NCBI GenBank assembly: GCA_963827235.1
Contig: CAWHAE010000016.1
Span: 128,001-192,000 of the forward strand
Length of the DNA: 64,000 bases
Reading direction: 5' to 3'
From: an uncultured bacterium
GTDB lineage: Bacteria > Chloroflexota > UBA5177 > JANWHV01
This document shows positions 29,507 to 39,952 of this stretch, piece after piece (position 1 is the stretch's first letter; the number at the start of each line of letters is the position of its first letter). A model generated the notes under the pieces. That model was not told the DNA's origin. It was given only the letters and a program-made list of their open reading frames with translations, and did not search any database. The translations under genes and the position numbers were made by a program.

Positions 29507-31654
29507 ATGAAATGGCTGGGCCATTTGGCCAGGCCGATTCTGCGACCGAGGACGGTCTCGGGGCGCGCCGTTCCGCATCGCCGAGCGAAAGTCCCGACAG
29601 TGCCCTCGGTATCTCATGCTGTGCGCGCGGTGCTGCTGGCCGTCGTGCTTGCACTCTGCACCGCGGCGGCTCTGTGCGTTCCTACTGCCCTGACGCGCTC
29701 CAGCATCCATGAAGGCGACACCGCGCAGACCACGATCCTTGCGCCGCGCGACATTTCATTCATCGATGTGCGAGCTACGAACGTGCTCAGACAGCAGGTC
29801 GCCAGATCCGTGCCGCCGGTGTACACGGCCAGCGCCGCTGGCCAACTCCAGGCAAGGACTTTGCTCGGTGCGCTTCTCGATACCGCCTCCGGCATGCAGT
29901 TCGAACATCTTGGCACGAGCAATCTGGCCATGCGTATCACGACGCTTGTCCGCATCTCGCAGGACTCGATTTCCTCGTCGCTAGCCGGACAGGTACTCAA
30001 GCTTTCGCCCCGCCAACTCTCATACGTCAAGCAGATCGTGGATGCCGCGCTCGTCAGGGCCAGCGGCACGGTAATACGTCCGGCCGACTTGCCGGAAGCG
30101 CGCCAGCATCCGGCATTCCCCGAGGCGCAGCAACCGGGCTTGGTGGGTACCGTTGCCACTCAGCTCTTTGCAGACTTCCTGCGACCCAACCGCGTAGTGG
30201 ATTCCGCCGCTTCTTCTCGCGCGCAACAGATGGCCGCCAGTACAATCAGTCCTGTCCACCTTCTGTTTCGCAAGAACCAGGCGATAGTACGTGCCAACGA
30301 CCAGATAACGCCTGACGCCTACACCGCGTTGCAGCTCGGCGGTCTCACCGAGCCGGGGCTGACGTGGCAGGATCTGGCTGCCAATCTGCTAATCGCGAGC
30401 ATCGCAGCCGGCCTTCTGCACGGGTACTTGATCAGTATCAAGCACCCCATCCTGGTGCGGCCGCGGCGACTCCTCTTGCTCGACGCCGTGTTCCTGGCCA
30501 CCACCGCTGCCGCCGCGATGCTGCTACAGGGTCACGGCTTGGTGCCGTACGTATTCCCGGCAGCGCTGCTCGGCATGCTGATCACCGCCCTGCTGAGTGC
30601 CGAGGTGAGCATCGTTGCTACCACGCTATGGGCCATGCTCGCCGGGTGGTACATGGGTAGCTCACTGGAGATCGCCGCCTACTTCCTCACCACGGGGCTG
30701 ACGGGAGCCTTGTTGGTGCGAGACGTGCGTCGTTCCAGCGAGTTCTTTCTTGCGGCCTTCTGGACGTCGGTAGTTGGCCTGGTCACGATCATAGCGTTCA
30801 AGCTGCTCAGTCACGGCTACGACTGGCTGGGACTCGGCACCTATACCGCCGCCGTGTTGGTGAGCGCGGCGCTCGCCGCCGCACTGACCTTGGGCAGCCT
30901 CTCCGCTCTTGGCCGGCTGTTCGGCGTAACTACGGGCATCAATCTCCTCGAGATCAGCCACCCCAATCACCCACTGTTGCGCCGCCTGATGCAGGAGGCT
31001 CCGGGCACGTTCCACCACAGTATGATGATCGGTACGCTGGCCGAGCGAGCGGCGGAGCAGATAGGCGCGGATCCGTTGCTCGTGCGCATAGCGGCATACT
31101 TCCACGACATCGGCAAGCTGTCCAGACCCTCGGTATTCGCCGAGAATCAGATAGGTATCGCCAACGTGCACGAATCGATCGAGCCGCGTGTGAGCGTCGA
31201 CCTGATCATGCAGCACGTGTACGAGGGCGTGCGTCTGGCCCGGCAGTACCACCTGCCGGAGGTCCTTGAAGACGGTATCTGGCAGCATCACGGCACGACG
31301 CTGGTAAGCTTCTTCTACCAGCAGGCAGTCGCGATGTATGGTCAGGAGACGGTGCCGATCGAAGAATACCGCTATCCCGGCCCCAAGCCGCAATCGCGCG
31401 AGATGGCCATTCTTATGCTGGCCGACGTGGTGGAGGCGGCGGTGCGCGCGTCGCCCGGTGTCGACGGTAACCAGATGCGCGCCATTATCCATCGCCTCGG
31501 TCAGGAGAGGCTGCAAGACGGGCAGTTCGACGAGTGCAACCTGACCCTGCGCGATCTCGCGGTGATCGAGGAGAGCTTCGCCACCGTGTTGCAGGGACTC
31601 TCGCACCCGCGCGTGCAGTATCCGGCGCCGGTCGCCGCCGTGTCGAATGGCTAG
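29507..31654 (+). CDS. 7TM-HD phosphohydrolase (PgpH-like c-di-AMP phosphodiesterase family)
   Basis: Extracellular domain, about seven TMs, APGTFHHS, YFHDIGK, QHHGT, MLADVVEAA. Confidence 0.9.
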   Translation: MKWLGHLARPILRPRTVSGRAVPHRRAKVPTVPSVSHAVRAVLLAVVLALCTAAALCVPTALTRSSIHEGDTAQTTILAPRDISFIDVRATNVLRQQVARSVPPVYTASAAGQLQARTLLGALLDTASGMQFEHLGTSNLAMRITTLVRISQDSISSSLAGQVLKLSPRQLSYVKQIVDAALVRASGTVIRPADLPEARQHPAFPEAQQPGLVGTVATQLFADFLRPNRVVDSAASSRAQQMAASTISPVHLLFRKNQAIVRANDQITPDAYTALQLGGLTEPGLTWQDLAANLLIASIAAGLLHGYLISIKHPILVRPRRLLLLDAVFLATTAAAAMLLQGHGLVPYVFPAALLGMLITALLSAEVSIVATTLWAMLAGWYMGSSLEIAAYFLTTGLTGALLVRDVRRSSEFFLAAFWTSVVGLVTIIAFKLLSHGYDWLGLGTYTAAVLVSAALAAALTLGSLSALGRLFGVTTGINLLEISHPNHPLLRRLMQEAPGTFHHSMMIGTLAERAAEQIGADPLLVRIAAYFHDIGKLSRPSVFAENQIGIANVHESIEPRVSVDLIMQHVYEGVRLARQYHLPEVLEDGIWQHHGTTLVSFFYQQAVAMYGQETVPIEEYRYPGPKPQSREMAILMLADVVEAAVRASPGVDGNQMRAIIHRLGQERLQDGQFDECNLTLRDLAVIEESFATVLQGLSHPRVQYPAPVAAVSNG

Positions 31655-32186
31655 TCCCGGCGACATCGCCTCCGTTGACGGGGGAAGCCCGGTTCCGGGG
31701 CACACCGTGCTGGTGTCGGGACCGGCGGCGGCGCAGGAGTGGACTGCCGAGGCCGAGCGCATCATCCCCCCGGCAGCAGCCCACCTTTCTCATATGGGCT
31801 TGGCCCCTGCCTCGTGCGAGATAAGCGTCACGCTGGTTGACCTGGACGAGATCCGCGATCTCAACCACCGCTATCGCGGCATCGATGCGCCAACCGACGT
31901 ACTGTCGTTCCCGCAGCTCGAAGCCGGCAGCACTGTTCCCATAACCTGGCCCGCGGACGTGGCGTTCCCGATCGGCGACATCGTCATCTGTGTGCCGCGA
32001 CTGATCGAACAGGCTGAGGAGTACGGGCATAGCGAGCTACGAGAGTTCGGCTATCTGCTTATGCATGGCCTCCTGCACCTGCTCGGCTTCGATCATGAGA
32101 CGGATGAGGACAAGGCGGTCATGAGAGCACGGGAGGAGGATCTGCTTGCAGCTGCCGGTCTCACCAGAACCGCCGAGGCATCCTAG
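31647..32186 (+). CDS. ybeY: rRNA maturation endoribonuclease YbeY
   Basis: LN..YR..D.PTDVLSF, HGLLHLLGFDH. Confidence 0.95.
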   Translation: MASPGDIASVDGGSPVPGHTVLVSGPAAAQEWTAEAERIIPPAAAHLSHMGLAPASCEISVTLVDLDEIRDLNHRYRGIDAPTDVLSFPQLEAGSTVPITWPADVAFPIGDIVICVPRLIEQAEEYGHSELREFGYLLMHGLLHLLGFDHETDEDKAVMRAREEDLLAAAGLTRTAEAS

Positions 32187-32547
32187 AGCGGCATTCCTTT
32201 CCGCCTTTCGCTTCGCCTGGATGGGCGTCGCGCACGTCCTGCGTACACAGCGAAATGCGCGCATCCATCTCGGCGCAGCGGCAGCGGTCATCGTTGCGGC
32301 CCTTGTGCTTCGCCTGCCTGGGTTGGAAGTGGCCTTACTCGTAGCCTGTATCACATTTGTCTTCACTGCCGAGATGATTAACACGGTTGTCGAGGCAATC
32401 GTGGATCTGCTGTCACCGGACTATCACCCACTCGCAAAAGTCGCCAAAGACGTCGCCGCCGGCGCGGTGCTTGTCTCTGCCGCGGGCGCGGCGGCCATTG
32501 GTGCCATCATCTTTCTTCCCCACGCGTCGCACCTGCTCGGCCATTGA
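32146..32547 (+). CDS. dgkA: diacylglycerol/undecaprenol kinase
   Basis: EMINTVVEAIVD, AKDVAAGAV; follows ybeY. Confidence 0.9.
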   Translation: MQLPVSPEPPRHPRAAFLSAFRFAWMGVAHVLRTQRNARIHLGAAAAVIVAALVLRLPGLEVALLVACITFVFTAEMINTVVEAIVDLLSPDYHPLAKVAKDVAAGAVLVSAAGAAAIGAIIFLPHASHLLGH

Positions 32548-32863
32548 GCCGCAACGCGCCCTGCCTCGCCACCGTCCATACGTCGCCACGCACCTCACAG
32601 CACCCACTGCTGTTGAGACTGTACGCCGCAACGGCGCCGGCAGGTACGGAACCGCCGCGATCCTGGCCCCGCAGGCGCTGCGGCCATCGTGGCATACACG
32701 GATCGGTCCGGCAGCCGGTCGACGCGGTCCGCCGTCCAGTCCGGTGACGACCACGCGGGTCGATGCGGGCCGGATCCGACCGGTATCTACTGCGAAATCT
32801 CGTAGAATGTCTAGAGGGACGCGAACGGTCTGCGTTCCCAGGGATGGAGAGTTTCTTTAAATC

Positions 32864-34363
32864 ATGAGTGACGTTGAGGAGCTGGCCGCGCGTAGACAGG
32901 CGTTGGACGACTTGCGTGCTGCCGGCGTCGACCCCTACCCCGCCCGAGTCTCCCGAACGCACACGACGGCCGAGGCGCTGCAGGCGTTCGATCCCGAGAA
33001 GTCCGACGACGATCAGACGACGGTCGCCGTGGCCGGCCGCATGCTCACTCCAAGGCACATGGGCAAAGCGTCGTTCGTGCACGTCATCGACGGCAGCGGG
33101 CGTATACAGCTCTATCTGAAGCGCGACGTGGTCGGCGACGCACTGTTCGACCTCTTCAAGCAACTGCATCCAGGCGACATCATCGGTGCCTCTGGCACCG
33201 TCTTTCGCACGCGCACCGGTGAGATATCGATCAGGGTCGCCGAGTTCACGCTTCTGTCGAAGGCTCTCCGACCCTTACCGGACAAGTTCCACGGTATTCA
33301 GGACAAGGAGGCCCGCTACCGGAAGCGTTACCTCGATATGATCGCGAACCGGGATACCAGCTTTGCCCAGCTCATGCGCCGTACGGCGCTGGTATCGGCG
33401 ATTCGCAGGCTGCTCGAAAGCAGGGGCTTCGTCGAGGTCGAGACCCCAGTGCTACAGTCGCTGTACGGCGGCGCCCACGCGCGGCCGTTCCTGACCCACT
33501 TCAACGCCCTGGACGAAGACCTGTATCTCCGCATCGCTCTCGAGCTGTACCATAAGCGCCTCCTGATTGGCGGTATCGACAAGCTCTTCGAGATTGGGCG
33601 TGTGTTTCGCAACGAGGGGCTCTCGCGCAAGCACAACCCGGAGTTCACCCTGCTCGAGCTCTACTGGGCATACGCGGACTATCGCGACATCATGGCTCTG
33701 GTGGAATGGCTGGTATCGGAAGCAGCCGTCGCGCTCTTCGGCCGCCCGGAAGTCGTGCGCGAGGGCAAGACGATCGACCTCACGCCACCTTGGCCGCGCC
33801 AGACTCTCCGGGAGGCGATCGTGCTGGGGAGCGGGGTCGATTTCGCCGCATTCCCTCCGGGGGACGGTGACGCGGCGCTGCTCGAGGCGGCACGCCAGAG
33901 AGGCGTCCAGCTGCCGGACCACACTCCTCGTGCCAAGGTGATAGACGAGCTGCTCACTACCTTCGTAGAGCCCCAGCTGATTGCGCCGGCATTTCTATAC
34001 GACTACCCGATCGAGATGTCCCCGCTGGCCAAGAAGAAACCGGGCGATCCGAATCTGGTCGAGCGCTTTGAGGCGTTTGCCGGCGGCATGGAGATGGCCA
34101 ATGCCTTCACCGAGCTCAACGATCCGGTCGACCAGCGGCGGCGCTTCGAGGGACAGGTCGCCGACCGAGCGGCTGGAGACGTCGAAGCACAGCAATATGA
34201 TGAGGATTTCGTCGAGGCCATGGAGCACGGCATGCCGCCCGCGGGAGGTCTTGGCATCGGCATCGACAGGCTTGCCATGCTCTTCTGCGACGCAGAGACG
34301 ATCAAGGACGTTATGTTCTTCCCGCAGCTTCGACGTCCGGGGGCCACGGATGACGGCCAATGA
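32864..34363 (+). CDS. lysS: lysine--tRNA ligase (class II)
   Basis: YRKRYLD, GGAHARPF, FRNEG..HNPEF, GMPPAGGLGIGIDRL. Confidence 0.98.
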   Translation: MSDVEELAARRQALDDLRAAGVDPYPARVSRTHTTAEALQAFDPEKSDDDQTTVAVAGRMLTPRHMGKASFVHVIDGSGRIQLYLKRDVVGDALFDLFKQLHPGDIIGASGTVFRTRTGEISIRVAEFTLLSKALRPLPDKFHGIQDKEARYRKRYLDMIANRDTSFAQLMRRTALVSAIRRLLESRGFVEVETPVLQSLYGGAHARPFLTHFNALDEDLYLRIALELYHKRLLIGGIDKLFEIGRVFRNEGLSRKHNPEFTLLELYWAYADYRDIMALVEWLVSEAAVALFGRPEVVREGKTIDLTPPWPRQTLREAIVLGSGVDFAAFPPGDGDAALLEAARQRGVQLPDHTPRAKVIDELLTTFVEPQLIAPAFLYDYPIEMSPLAKKKPGDPNLVERFEAFAGGMEMANAFTELNDPVDQRRRFEGQVADRAAGDVEAQQYDEDFVEAMEHGMPPAGGLGIGIDRLAMLFCDAETIKDVMFFPQLRRPGATDDGQ

Positions 34364-34492
34364 AGGCAGGGTCGGCCGGGTGCCGGTGGCGTCGCACTGG
34401 GTGATCGATCTGCCGCGTGGCCGAGCTTGGCGCCGCCGCGGGATGAATGCTACCGGCTGACGTTCCGGGCCTCGTGAAGAAAGGATACGAAC

Positions 34493-35392
34493 ATGGCCAG
34501 GAAGGTGACCAAAGCCGTCATTCCGGCGGCAGGGCTGGGCTCCCGGCTTCTACCGGCGACCAAGGCGGTGCCAAAGGCTATGCTGCCGATAATCGACAAG
34601 CCGGTGATCCAGTACATCGTCGAGGAGGCCGCCGAGAGCGGCATCGAAGAGGTAATCGTGGTCACCAGTCGTGGACAGCAGGCTATCGAGGATCACTTCG
34701 ACCGATACTTTGAGCTGGAGGCGCGCCTTGGCCAGGCCGGCAAGACAGGACCTCTGGAAGCGGTAATCAAGCCGGCGAAGCTGGCAAACATGGTGTTCGT
34801 GCGACAGCCCGAACCGCTCGGCAACGGACACGCCGTCCTGTGCGCCAGGCAGATCGTGGGCGACGAGCCGTTCGCGATGCTGTGGGGCGACGACCTGGTA
34901 GTTCCCGGGCCGAGCGGAGAGGCGTGCCTGACCCAAATGCTGCGCGCTTTCGAGAAGTATGACGGCAGCATTCTCGCCGCGATGCGCGTGCCGAGGAACG
35001 ACTGGAACAAGTACGGCATGATTGCCGCCGATCCCGTCGACGAGAGGACGCTCCGAGTGCGCTCGATCGTCGAGAAGCCAGCCATCGACAAGTCGCCCTC
35101 CGATCTGGCACAGGTGAAGGGATGCATTCTCACTCCTGAGATCTTCGAGATACTGGCCAGGACGCCGGCCCAGCAGGGCAACGAGATCTGGCTGATGGAC
35201 GCCATCCAGCAGCTCATCGCCGTCCAGCCCGTCTTCGCCTACATCTTCGAAGGCAAACGATTCGACACGGGGAACGCCCTGGATTACCTGAAGACCAACA
35301 TCGAAGTAGCGCTGAGCCGCCCGGATCTCGCGGATGAGCTCAAGCACTACCTGCAGGGACTGGTGAAGGAGCTAGCCGGTGACGCCGGATGA
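34493..35392 (+). CDS. galU: UTP--glucose-1-phosphate uridylyltransferase
   Basis: KAVIPAAGLGSRLLPATKAVPK, QPEPLGNGHA, VEKP. Confidence 0.92.
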   Translation: MARKVTKAVIPAAGLGSRLLPATKAVPKAMLPIIDKPVIQYIVEEAAESGIEEVIVVTSRGQQAIEDHFDRYFELEARLGQAGKTGPLEAVIKPAKLANMVFVRQPEPLGNGHAVLCARQIVGDEPFAMLWGDDLVVPGPSGEACLTQMLRAFEKYDGSILAAMRVPRNDWNKYGMIAADPVDERTLRVRSIVEKPAIDKSPSDLAQVKGCILTPEIFEILARTPAQQGNEIWLMDAIQQLIAVQPVFAYIFEGKRFDTGNALDYLKTNIEVALSRPDLADELKHYLQGLVKELAGDAG

Positions 35393-36787
35393 CATCAGCC
35401 TGTCCGCCGATTCGTTGAAGTCGATCGTGCGCGTGACCAGAATCGGCAACTCCGAGGTCACGATCAGTCCGTGCTGACCCGCCGGGCTCCAGCCGTTTAT
35501 GTCAAGTGCAACCGACGCGGCGGCGCGCAAGGAGAGTTGTTTGCTTGTCACCCGGCTCCGAGTGGAAAGCATGCGGATACTAACTTGGGTGGAATGGGCG
35601 TTGACGTTGGCCAGGTAGAGAGTCTCGCGTGGACCGCTCGAGTTCTGCCTCGTGTCGCCTTCCGCGAGCTCGTGGATACGCGCGGCGCCGGCCGGACTGC
35701 CGACTACGCTGCCCCGGTATGTTCTCGCCAACGATGCTTCGCCGCTGCGAGGCAGCCGGCCTTCGTAGGAAGTAGCCACCGCCGGCGACGAGTGAACATG
35801 CAGGGCAACATTGCTTCCCAGGTCGCCGCCGCGCAGGGCCACCGCAAGCTGGCCGAGCGCCGGTACCACGACGCGGCGGACGCGAGCCGAGGGACTGGCA
35901 ACTGGGGTCAGGGAGAGCGCGGCAGGCACTCGATTCGGATTGAAGACCATGAGCGTGTCCGCGCCGCCTCCCGCGCCGGCGTGCTGAAGGTAGACGTCAT
36001 CGGAGAGCGTGGTGAGGCCGGGAAGGACGGTGTACCCGCGTCCATCGCCGTAGATGGTGCGCTCCTCCACGACCAGACCACCACTCTTGGACGCGGAAGC
36101 GACGGTCGCTGAGGTGGCGCCATCCGGAGCCTGGACACCGATCACGCTGACCGGGCCCACTGCCAGGTTCGCGGCCTTCTGCAGCCGGCCGTGCCGCACG
36201 AACGAGACGACGGCGTCGACGGTGAACGGGTAGGGATTGAGAAGCGCGATCCGCTCCTGTTCATCGGCGTTTATCCGCGTGCGGGGCAGATACCAATATG
36301 GCGCCGTCGAAGCCTGCCCAACGCTCAACGCAGCGCCCGTGCCCTCCTCGTCCGCGCTGCCATGATAGACTGTACGCTCTGCCACGATCGGCTCGCTGCT
36401 CCGCACGATGGCAGCCAGGAGGTCGCCGTAGCCGGCGGCGAAGCTGGCGTCCAGTGTGCCTCGGCTCCGAGGGTCCACGTCGGTGACCGCATAGACGCGC
36501 CGGCCGTCTGCCCGCACGAGCATGGTCAGCACGAGCGCGGTCCGAGAGCCCGGATTGAGAAACTCAAGCGTCTCGCGGTCCGTTGTGGCGCACGAACCTT
36601 CAGCGAAATACCACGTGGTGCGCTCGAGTCCGTTGAGAAGCGACGCAGGCTGTGCGCTCGCGGACCACATGCTGCCCGCATGCGAGTTATCTGGAACACC
36701 GGCGAGTGCGCCGGCGCGCTGCTGAGCAAGCACGGCGGCGCAGACGACCGCGGCAGCCACGACCGTGTGAATGGAGATGAGGCGCAG
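35372..36787 (-). CDS. secreted protein with repeated WYFAEG...NP...ER beta modules (DUF5719-like)
   Basis: Four repeats of the W/Y..AEG / L.NP / S.PIVAER pattern. The start is probably CTG at 36787 (SD GGGAG); the alternative is GTG at 36760. Confidence 0.75.
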   Translation of the reverse strand: MRLISIHTVVAAAVVCAAVLAQQRAGALAGVPDNSHAGSMWSASAQPASLLNGLERTTWYFAEGSCATTDRETLEFLNPGSRTALVLTMLVRADGRRVYAVTDVDPRSRGTLDASFAAGYGDLLAAIVRSSEPIVAERTVYHGSADEEGTGAALSVGQASTAPYWYLPRTRINADEQERIALLNPYPFTVDAVVSFVRHGRLQKAANLAVGPVSVIGVQAPDGATSATVASASKSGGLVVEERTIYGDGRGYTVLPGLTTLSDDVYLQHAGAGGGADTLMVFNPNRVPAALSLTPVASPSARVRRVVVPALGQLAVALRGGDLGSNVALHVHSSPAVATSYEGRLPRSGEASLARTYRGSVVGSPAGAARIHELAEGDTRQNSSGPRETLYLANVNAHSTQVSIRMLSTRSRVTSKQLSLRAAASVALDINGWSPAGQHGLIVTSELPILVTRTIDFNESADRLMSSGVTG

Positions 36788-36973
36788 AGTCGGTACTCCC
36801 GAGGCTCACGACTTGAGCGCATCAGGCCGACGCGCCAGCACGATCGTACTGCATTTGGCGCCGCGACGGCGGAGATCCAGAGGTCTTGGGACGAGTCGTT
36901 GCAGGGTGGCTGTACCATAGGCTGGAACGGCGCTGCGTCTCGGCCGCCGGCGAAGATAGAATTGGAGCCATAT

Positions 36974-38788
36974 ATGTCCTCGTCGCGTCCCGCGCTACCG
37001 CGGTGGGACCTTACCTCACTCTATCCCGACCTGCGATCGGACGCTTTCGTCCAGGCATACCACAAGATCGCCTCCGATGTCGCCGGCATGGCGCGGTACT
37101 GGGACGAGGAGGGCATAGGCCGCGCTCCGGTCGTCACGGCCGGGCCCCATGTCACCGAGATCCTCGAGCGGGCGATCACGCTACTGAGCGAGGTAGTTGA
37201 CCACGCGGCGACGACCGTGGCCTACGTGCGCGCCCACATCAGCACAGATTCGCGAGACGGCCACGCTCTCGCCCTGCTGAGCGAAGTGCAGCAACACCTC
37301 GTCACCCTGGACAAGCTCGATACTCGCCTGACGGCGTGGATCGGAGCGCTCGACCTCGATTCCATCCTGCCTGGGTCCGCCGTGGCAAGCATGCATGAGT
37401 ACGTGCTGCGACGAGCGCAGGTGGAGGCAGCGCACCAGATGTCCCCTGAGCTGGAATCGCTCGCTTCGGAGCTGAACGTGCCGGGCGGGCACGCCTGGGG
37501 CAGGCTGCACGCGGACTTCACCTCCCAGCTCACGGTGGAGGTTGAGATGCCGGACGGCGTACAGTCGCTACCCATGAGCGCGGCTCGCAACCTCGCCTTT
37601 CATCCTGATCGCGAGACCAGGCGCCGAGCCTACCATGCGGAGCTTGCGGCATGGGAAAAGGCGGCGGTACCGCTGGCGGCTGCAATCAACAGCATCAAGG
37701 GTGAAGACCGCGTGTTGCTGGAGCGCCGCGGCTGGCCGACTTCGCTCGACCTCGCGCTATTCAACAACCACATCGATCGCCGCACTCTTGAGGCCATGAT
37801 GTCCGCGGCACGGGCCTCATTTCCTCGTTTTCACTCCTATCTGAAGGCGAAGGCCGGGCTTCTCGGCCTTCCCGTGCTCGCCTGGTACGACGTCACGGCT
37901 CCGCTCGACCGGACCGAGCGTGAATGGTCGTTCGAGGACGCGGAGCGGTTCATCGTCAGGCACTTCACCGCGTTCTCTCCCAGGCTGGCTGCCCTCGCGG
38001 AGAGAGCCTTTGCCGAGCGATGGATCGACGCGGAGCCGCGCGAGGGCAAGCGAGGAGGCGGATTTTGCATGTCCCTTGTCGGCGAGGAGTCGCGAATCCT
38101 CGTCAACTATGTGCCGTCATTTGACGGCGTCAGCACATTGGCCCACGAGCTTGGTCACGCGTACCACAACTCCGTCCTGGCTTCACGTCCTCCGCTATTG
38201 CGCGTACGCGGCACCCCGTCTACTCTGGCGGAGACGGCGTCCATCTTCTGCGAGACCATTATCCGTCGCGCAGGCTTGCTGGAAGTTGCACCCGGCAGCC
38301 TCGTGAGCTTCCTGGATTCCAGCCTGTCCGGGATGTGCCAGGTGGTCGTCGACATCACTTCCCGTTTTCTCTTCGAGAGCCGCGTGTTCGAGGTCCGGGG
38401 GCGGCGCGAGCTGAACGTGGACGAGCTCAATGAGCTGATGCTTCGGTCTCAGAAAGAGGTGTTCGGAAACGCTGTCGACGAGAAGCAGCTTCATCCCTAT
38501 ATGTGGGCGGCCAAGCCGCACTACTACACGAGCTGGGCAAGCTTCTACAACTTCCCATACATGTTCGGCCAGCTATTCGGTCTCGGCCTGTTCGCAGCAT
38601 ATTCGGCGGATCCCGAGCGCTTCGTTGCTGCCTACGACGACTTCCTCGCCGCCACGAGCATGGCGGACGCGGCGGAGCTTGCCGCGCGATTCGGCGTCGA
38701 CGTACGCTCACCGCGCTTCTGGGAGACCAGTCTCGACGTGATCGGCGAGGACATAGATCGCTTCGTTCAGCTGGCCGCACAGCGCTAA
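36974..38788 (+). CDS. pepF: M3B oligoendopeptidase F
   Basis: PRWDL N-terminus, GKRGGGFC, AHELGHAYH, LAETAS, FYNFPY. Confidence 0.92.
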   Translation: MSSSRPALPRWDLTSLYPDLRSDAFVQAYHKIASDVAGMARYWDEEGIGRAPVVTAGPHVTEILERAITLLSEVVDHAATTVAYVRAHISTDSRDGHALALLSEVQQHLVTLDKLDTRLTAWIGALDLDSILPGSAVASMHEYVLRRAQVEAAHQMSPELESLASELNVPGGHAWGRLHADFTSQLTVEVEMPDGVQSLPMSAARNLAFHPDRETRRRAYHAELAAWEKAAVPLAAAINSIKGEDRVLLERRGWPTSLDLALFNNHIDRRTLEAMMSAARASFPRFHSYLKAKAGLLGLPVLAWYDVTAPLDRTEREWSFEDAERFIVRHFTAFSPRLAALAERAFAERWIDAEPREGKRGGGFCMSLVGEESRILVNYVPSFDGVSTLAHELGHAYHNSVLASRPPLLRVRGTPSTLAETASIFCETIIRRAGLLEVAPGSLVSFLDSSLSGMCQVVVDITSRFLFESRVFEVRGRRELNVDELNELMLRSQKEVFGNAVDEKQLHPYMWAAKPHYYTSWASFYNFPYMFGQLFGLGLFAAYSADPERFVAAYDDFLAATSMADAAELAARFGVDVRSPRFWETSLDVIGEDIDRFVQLAAQR

Positions 38789-39948
38789 CTCAGCGGTCTG
38801 AGGTTTCCACTCACCACGCTCCAGCGTTGCGATGCCGCCGGCAACGCCGGCATGTCCGCCGCGGCGCTGGTGACAAACGTCTGCCTGGCTTCGCTCGCCA
38901 GCTGCAGGATTGCCGCTCGCCGCCGGTCGTCGAGCTCGGAGGCAGCGTCGTCGAGCAGCAGCAGCGGGTAGTCGCCGGTATGCTCCCGTATGTACTCCAG
39001 CTCGGCCAGCTTGAGAGCGAGCGCCGCCGTGCGTTGTTGGCCCCGCGAGCCGAATGCCGTGACATCGACCTCGTTCACGAACAGAGCCAGGTCGTCGCGA
39101 TGCGGACCAACCAGCGATACGCCGGTGGCCACCTCGCGAGCACGAACTTGACCGACGCTTCGCTTGAGCTGCACGAGCGCTTCCAGGGAATCGCCGGACT
39201 GCAGACGGTCGGCGTCCTGCGGGTCGACCAGACCGGGCCTGTAGCGAATCTGCAGGCTCTCGAGCCCACCCGTTAGCCTGGGCTGCCGTTCGGCGGCGGT
39301 ACTGGCAAGCTCGTGAACGGCCGCGGCGCGCCAGGACAGGATCTGGGCGCCCAGCTCGCAGACGTTTTCGTCCCAATACTCGAGCGAGCCGGCCGGCTGC
39401 TGGCGGTCTCGCACCTGGCGAAGCAACGCGTTGCGCTGCAGTATCGCGCGGCCGTACCGGTTGAGCACCCGCACGTACGCCGGATTGACCTGGCAGAGCA
39501 TGATGTCGAGGAATCGCCTGCGCTGCGACGGCCCTCCCCCGACCAGATCCACGTCGGCCGGAGAGAAGAACACGGCATTGACGCGGCCAAGGACCTCGCC
39601 CGCTCGACGCTCGGTCCCGTTGACCTTGAACCGCTTGCGGGCCGGGCTGTCGGCGCCGCCTTCCCTGATCAGGATCTCGATCACATGATGGCCTGTACCG
39701 CCGTCGACGCGCCCGACAACGCGCGCAAAAGCTTGCCCGACCAGCGGATCACGATCGTGCCACGATACCAGATCGGCATCCGAACGAGCGCGTGAGGACT
39801 TGGTAGTGGCCAGCATGTACACCGCCTCGAGCAGGTTCGTCTTGCCCTGAGCATTCTCGCCCTGGAGAACGATCAGGCCCGGCTCAAAGGCAACGTCCAA
39901 GCTGCTGTAGTTACGGAAATGCTGCAGTGTCAGATGGCGAAGGAACAA
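38785..39948 (-). CDS. recF: DNA replication/repair protein RecF
   Basis: FRNY, GENAQGKTNLLEA, GPHRDDL, SRGQQR, LLDD. Confidence 0.97.
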   Translation of the reverse strand: MFLRHLTLQHFRNYSSLDVAFEPGLIVLQGENAQGKTNLLEAVYMLATTKSSRARSDADLVSWHDRDPLVGQAFARVVGRVDGGTGHHVIEILIREGGADSPARKRFKVNGTERRAGEVLGRVNAVFFSPADVDLVGGGPSQRRRFLDIMLCQVNPAYVRVLNRYGRAILQRNALLRQVRDRQQPAGSLEYWDENVCELGAQILSWRAAAVHELASTAAERQPRLTGGLESLQIRYRPGLVDPQDADRLQSGDSLEALVQLKRSVGQVRAREVATGVSLVGPHRDDLALFVNEVDVTAFGSRGQQRTAALALKLAELEYIREHTGDYPLLLLDDAASELDDRRRAAILQLASEARQTFVTSAAADMPALPAASQRWSVVSGNLRPLS

Positions 39949-39952
39949 TGTC

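Noticed and set aside
36191-36973. 260-aa N-terminal extension of the PepF ORF
   Set aside because: It is antisense to the 35372..36787 gene; the real start is ATG 36974 with an SD.
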